Made by a program: the position numbers and the translations under genes
Sequence record: KX534337
Origin: Escherichia phage Greed
DNA: 60,042 nt
Direction: 5' to 3' (one strand)
The notes under the pieces: model-generated
What the model saw: the letters and a program-made list of their open reading frames with translations, nothing else
Database searches by the model: none
What the model was told of the DNA's origin: nothing
Shown here: positions 57,511-60,042 of the stretch, piece after piece
Layout of the letters: each line of letters starts with the position of its first letter
Position numbering within the stretch: the stretch's first letter is position 1

Positions 57511-58344
57511 TTACTGCTGCCACGGCGGGACTGCTGCTTGTGCCGGATGCGGTTCAGCTTGCTGCTGCGGCTGAGCTTGCTGCTGAGGTGCTGCTGCCTG
57601 GCCCGGCTGTGCTACCTGCTGCGCCCACGGCTGCTGTGGTGCTGCGTTTTGAGCAGGATTATCCCACGGTTGCGGTGCGGCATTCTGCCACGGTTGTGCT
57701 GCTGCGCCCTGCTGTGGTGCTGGTTGCTGCTGCACAGGCTGCTGAACTGGCTGCTGTTGCTGCACCGGAGCTTGCTGCTGTACAGGCGCTTGCTGTTGCT
57801 GAGCAAACGGGTTAGCTGCTGGTTGCTGTGGTGCTGCGCCCGGGAAAGCTGGCTGCTGAGCTGGCGCACCTGCACCGAACGGGTTAGCTACTGCCGCTTG
57901 AGCACCCATTGCTGGAGCACCTGCTTCTTTTTCTGCATACTTAACCGGATCGTTGATGTTAGCATAACCGTTAGGCTCGTTGCTGTCTTCATAACCTTCC
58001 TGAGAACGAACTTTCAGACGCAGGTTCAGCGGAATGTTATGCAGTTGAGCAGGAGTATCCCAGCGGATTACGCCAACCGCATGGGAAAGCGCGCCCAGTT
58101 GTTCGTATGCGATACGCACAGTATCTTCGTTGTCGTTGATAACGTTGTAACGAGCAAAGATTTTACGACCTTTAGCAAAACCATCAATGATGCTAAACGT
58201 TACCTGGATCGCCATACCGCCATTTTTGGTCGGTTTAAATTCAGATGCTTCAATTACTGCTTTATACCAACCTTTCGGCAATGCGCCGTAAGAAGGTGCT
58301 TGATAGCTGCTCGCGTCAAAGTGGAAATTAGTTGGCATAGTCAT
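57511..58344 (-). CDS. Putative single-stranded DNA-binding protein with Gln/Pro/Ala-rich C-terminal tail
   Basis: 277 aa; N-terminal 130 aa globular; C-terminal about 140 aa low-complexity Q/P/A repeats; sits in the recombination module. Confidence 0.45.
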   Translation of the reverse strand: MTMPTNFHFDASSYQAPSYGALPKGWYKAVIEASEFKPTKNGGMAIQVTFSIIDGFAKGRKIFARYNVINDNEDTVRIAYEQLGALSHAVGVIRWDTPAQLHNIPLNLRLKVRSQEGYEDSNEPNGYANINDPVKYAEKEAGAPAMGAQAAVANPFGAGAPAQQPAFPGAAPQQPAANPFAQQQQAPVQQQAPVQQQQPVQQPVQQQPAPQQGAAAQPWQNAAPQPWDNPAQNAAPQQPWAQQVAQPGQAAAPQQQAQPQQQAEPHPAQAAVPPWQQ

Positions 58345-59072
58345 TAGTTAATACCTTTCATTTTGTTGATAACAGAACCTAAGTGTGGGACTTCAACCGC
58401 ATCTAAACGTCCCGAACGATCCTTAGCGATTGTATTAAAGTCCGGTTGAGTTTGCAAGTAACGATATGAGTTACCTTGCTGATCCTTATTTACATTCAGA
58501 CGAAATACTTCGTCGAAGAAATAAGGGAGCATTTGTCCCAATTTGGACCCAGGCATAGATGGAGCATACGCGGTAACACCGGAGACTTCATCTTTGTCTT
58601 TGCCCATTTTAGCAGACATATAAACATGTTTGCCAGGAATATCGCGAAATTTACGGATCAGATCTTGCATCTTTTCAAGCAAAGTACCATAAGCTTGACG
58701 AGGATCTTTCGTTCCCTTTTTCGCGTTGTTTAAACATTGTTCAGCAATTTCGCTCAAGCTGTCAAGCGCAATAGAATCGAAATACTGCTGGTTAGCTGGA
58801 GTTACGCACCACTGATAAGCCGCTTCAACGTCTTCCAGACATTTCACTTCAATTACCGGAATATCGTAAACGATGGGCAAACCCATGTTACCATAAACAC
58901 GGTTAAGGTTTTCCGCTGCAATAGACAACAGACCGGATTCTGCGCTGATTAAAATTGGTTTAGGTAGTGTGGCTACAAGGCTGGTTTTACCCATACCTGC
59001 TTCACCGTAAACCAGAATTTTAACACCTGTGTCCTGCACAACTTGTGAAGACATTTTAATTTCAATGGCCAT
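58344..59072 (-). CDS. RecA-fold ATPase (Sak4-like recombination/annealing protein)
   Basis: 242 aa; Walker A VYGEAGMGKTSL; size and neighbourhood (SSB-like, nuclease) typical of phage Sak4-type ATPases. Confidence 0.5.
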   Translation of the reverse strand: MAIEIKMSSQVVQDTGVKILVYGEAGMGKTSLVATLPKPILISAESGLLSIAAENLNRVYGNMGLPIVYDIPVIEVKCLEDVEAAYQWCVTPANQQYFDSIALDSLSEIAEQCLNNAKKGTKDPRQAYGTLLEKMQDLIRKFRDIPGKHVYMSAKMGKDKDEVSGVTAYAPSMPGSKLGQMLPYFFDEVFRLNVNKDQQGNSYRYLQTQPDFNTIAKDRSGRLDAVEVPHLGSVINKMKGIN

Positions 59073-59137
59073 TTAACGCCTCTCTTTTAAGTTCGCACTC
59101 ATTGTAACGTAATATACTTTGAACCCTCAATTACTTT

Positions 59138-60042
59138 TTAATCTAAAGCCTGATCACTTTCATCGCGGAAATGCATAAAGTTTGCAAAACGCGGTTTATC
59201 TTTCACGCCATGAGGGAAGTGTTTATATGAAATAGTCCGACCTTTAATTTTGTCAGGGTTATTCCAATAATAAATCTTATCCTCTTGCGTTAGTTTACCA
59301 GGACTAACGTTGATTGTATTGCCCGTCTTAACGTCTTTACAAACCAACGTCCCGATCATACCGTTAGGAACTTTATTTTCCTGATGTGAAGATCGTGTAG
59401 TCCTTCCCAGCTCGTTAACAGTAGCTTCATTAAGATTAGTTTCACCCTCAATAATATCAAGGACAATAGCATCTTCCTGAATAAAGCGTTTAATACGAAG
59501 ATATCCACCTTCACGAACTGTGCCGCGCCCATGTTTATAAGGCTTGTCAGGATCACGGATAATAATACCTTCATAACCCATATCAAGCCAGATGTTTTCC
59601 CAGTAGAGCAACTCTTCTAAAGACTTAACCACATACATTGGCACAACTTGCAGGTCGAGCAATTCACCTTTCGCGTGCTGTGTGGTTATAAAATCTTTCA
59701 TCATGTTGTAGCGGGCTTCATAGCCCAGCTCTGCAACGCTCTCAGCGCACAGATCAAAGATGTGCCATTTCAGGAACGGTTCACCTTCAATTGTGTTTAC
59801 CGCACTGGTTGTTTTACGACACAGGTCTGGATCTGTTTCCACCCCTGCCGCAAGCTCACCGTCATAGCCCATGTATTGAGAACCGCTGAAAATTGCGCTG
59901 GTATGGCGGTTTTTAAACAGCTTTAAGCTTCGCCCTACTATCTGCCCGTCCGGATTTAAACCGCGTACACCGTCGATTTTAGGCAGTATACAGCACGGAA
60001 ACTTAATCTTTTCTTCAACCGCGTCAGTCGCTAAATGTGGTT
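59138..60042 (-). CDS. ATP-dependent DNA ligase, C-terminal part (5' end is at 1..137)
   Basis: Frame open from 59138 to the window end; YEGIIIRDPDKPYKHGR and GYLRIKRF resemble ligase motifs IV and V; the N-terminus with KIDGVRG is in the duplicated segment. Confidence 0.65.
   Translation of the reverse strand, partial: PHLATDAVEEKIKFPCCILPKIDGVRGLNPDGQIVGRSLKLFKNRHTSAIFSGSQYMGYDGELAAGVETDPDLCRKTTSAVNTIEGEPFLKWHIFDLCAESVAELGYEARYNMMKDFITTQHAKGELLDLQVVPMYVVKSLEELLYWENIWLDMGYEGIIIRDPDKPYKHGRGTVREGGYLRIKRFIQEDAIVLDIIEGETNLNEATVNELGRTTRSSHQENKVPNGMIGTLVCKDVKTGNTINVSPGKLTQEDKIYYWNNPDKIKGRTISYKHFPHGVKDKPRFANFMHFRDESDQALD
59916..60042. repeat. 127-bp terminal redundancy (identical to 1..127)
   Basis: Exact sequence identity between 1..127 and 59916..60042, read by eye. 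Confidence 0.9.

Noticed and set aside
57445-58347. 300-aa plus-strand ORF rich in Leu/Arg/Cys
   Set aside because: Antisense shadow of the Q/P-rich low-complexity region of the SSB-like gene; no RBS, implausible composition

Overview
The window is one complete tailed-phage (siphovirus-like) dsDNA genome of about 59.9 kb plus a 127-bp overlap: positions 1..127 are identical to 59916..60042, so the contig is circularly closed or terminally redundant, and a DNA ligase gene spans the junction. All calls are from reading the ORF translations and the raw sequence by eye; no database search was run. Genes form two arms that diverge from a repeat-rich control region (10926..11573) and converge on a bidirectional terminator (42596..42616). 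The minus-strand arm (10925 down to 146, continuing across the junction to 42617) carries replication, recombination and nucleotide-metabolism genes: RNase H, dUTPase, primase-helicase, family-B-like DNA polymerase, SF2 helicase, Cas4-like nuclease, SSB-like and Sak4-like proteins, ligase. It also carries a full 7-deazaguanine (preQ0-type) DNA-modification cluster: FolE, QueD, QueE, QueC, a TGT-like DpdA and a transporter-like membrane protein. That cluster resembles what is described for Escherichia phages of the Seuratvirus/Nonagvirus type, but it contains several unassigned genes. The plus-strand arm (11574..42587) carries about 20 small accessory genes (including SLOG-like, C39-like and HslV-like proteins), a lysis cassette (holin, overlapping spanins), terminase, portal, capsid and a lambda-like tail module with a -1 frameshifted chaperone, tape measure, gpJ-like tip protein and a tail fibre with a C-terminal S74-type chaperone domain. 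No integrase, tRNA or CRISPR array was seen. The most interesting items are the unassigned genes inside the deazaguanine cluster, two paralogous Ala/Lys-rich histone-like proteins, a Cor/Llp-like lipoprotein and a glycine-rich moron in the tail region, a peptidase pair, and several repeat or promoter families.
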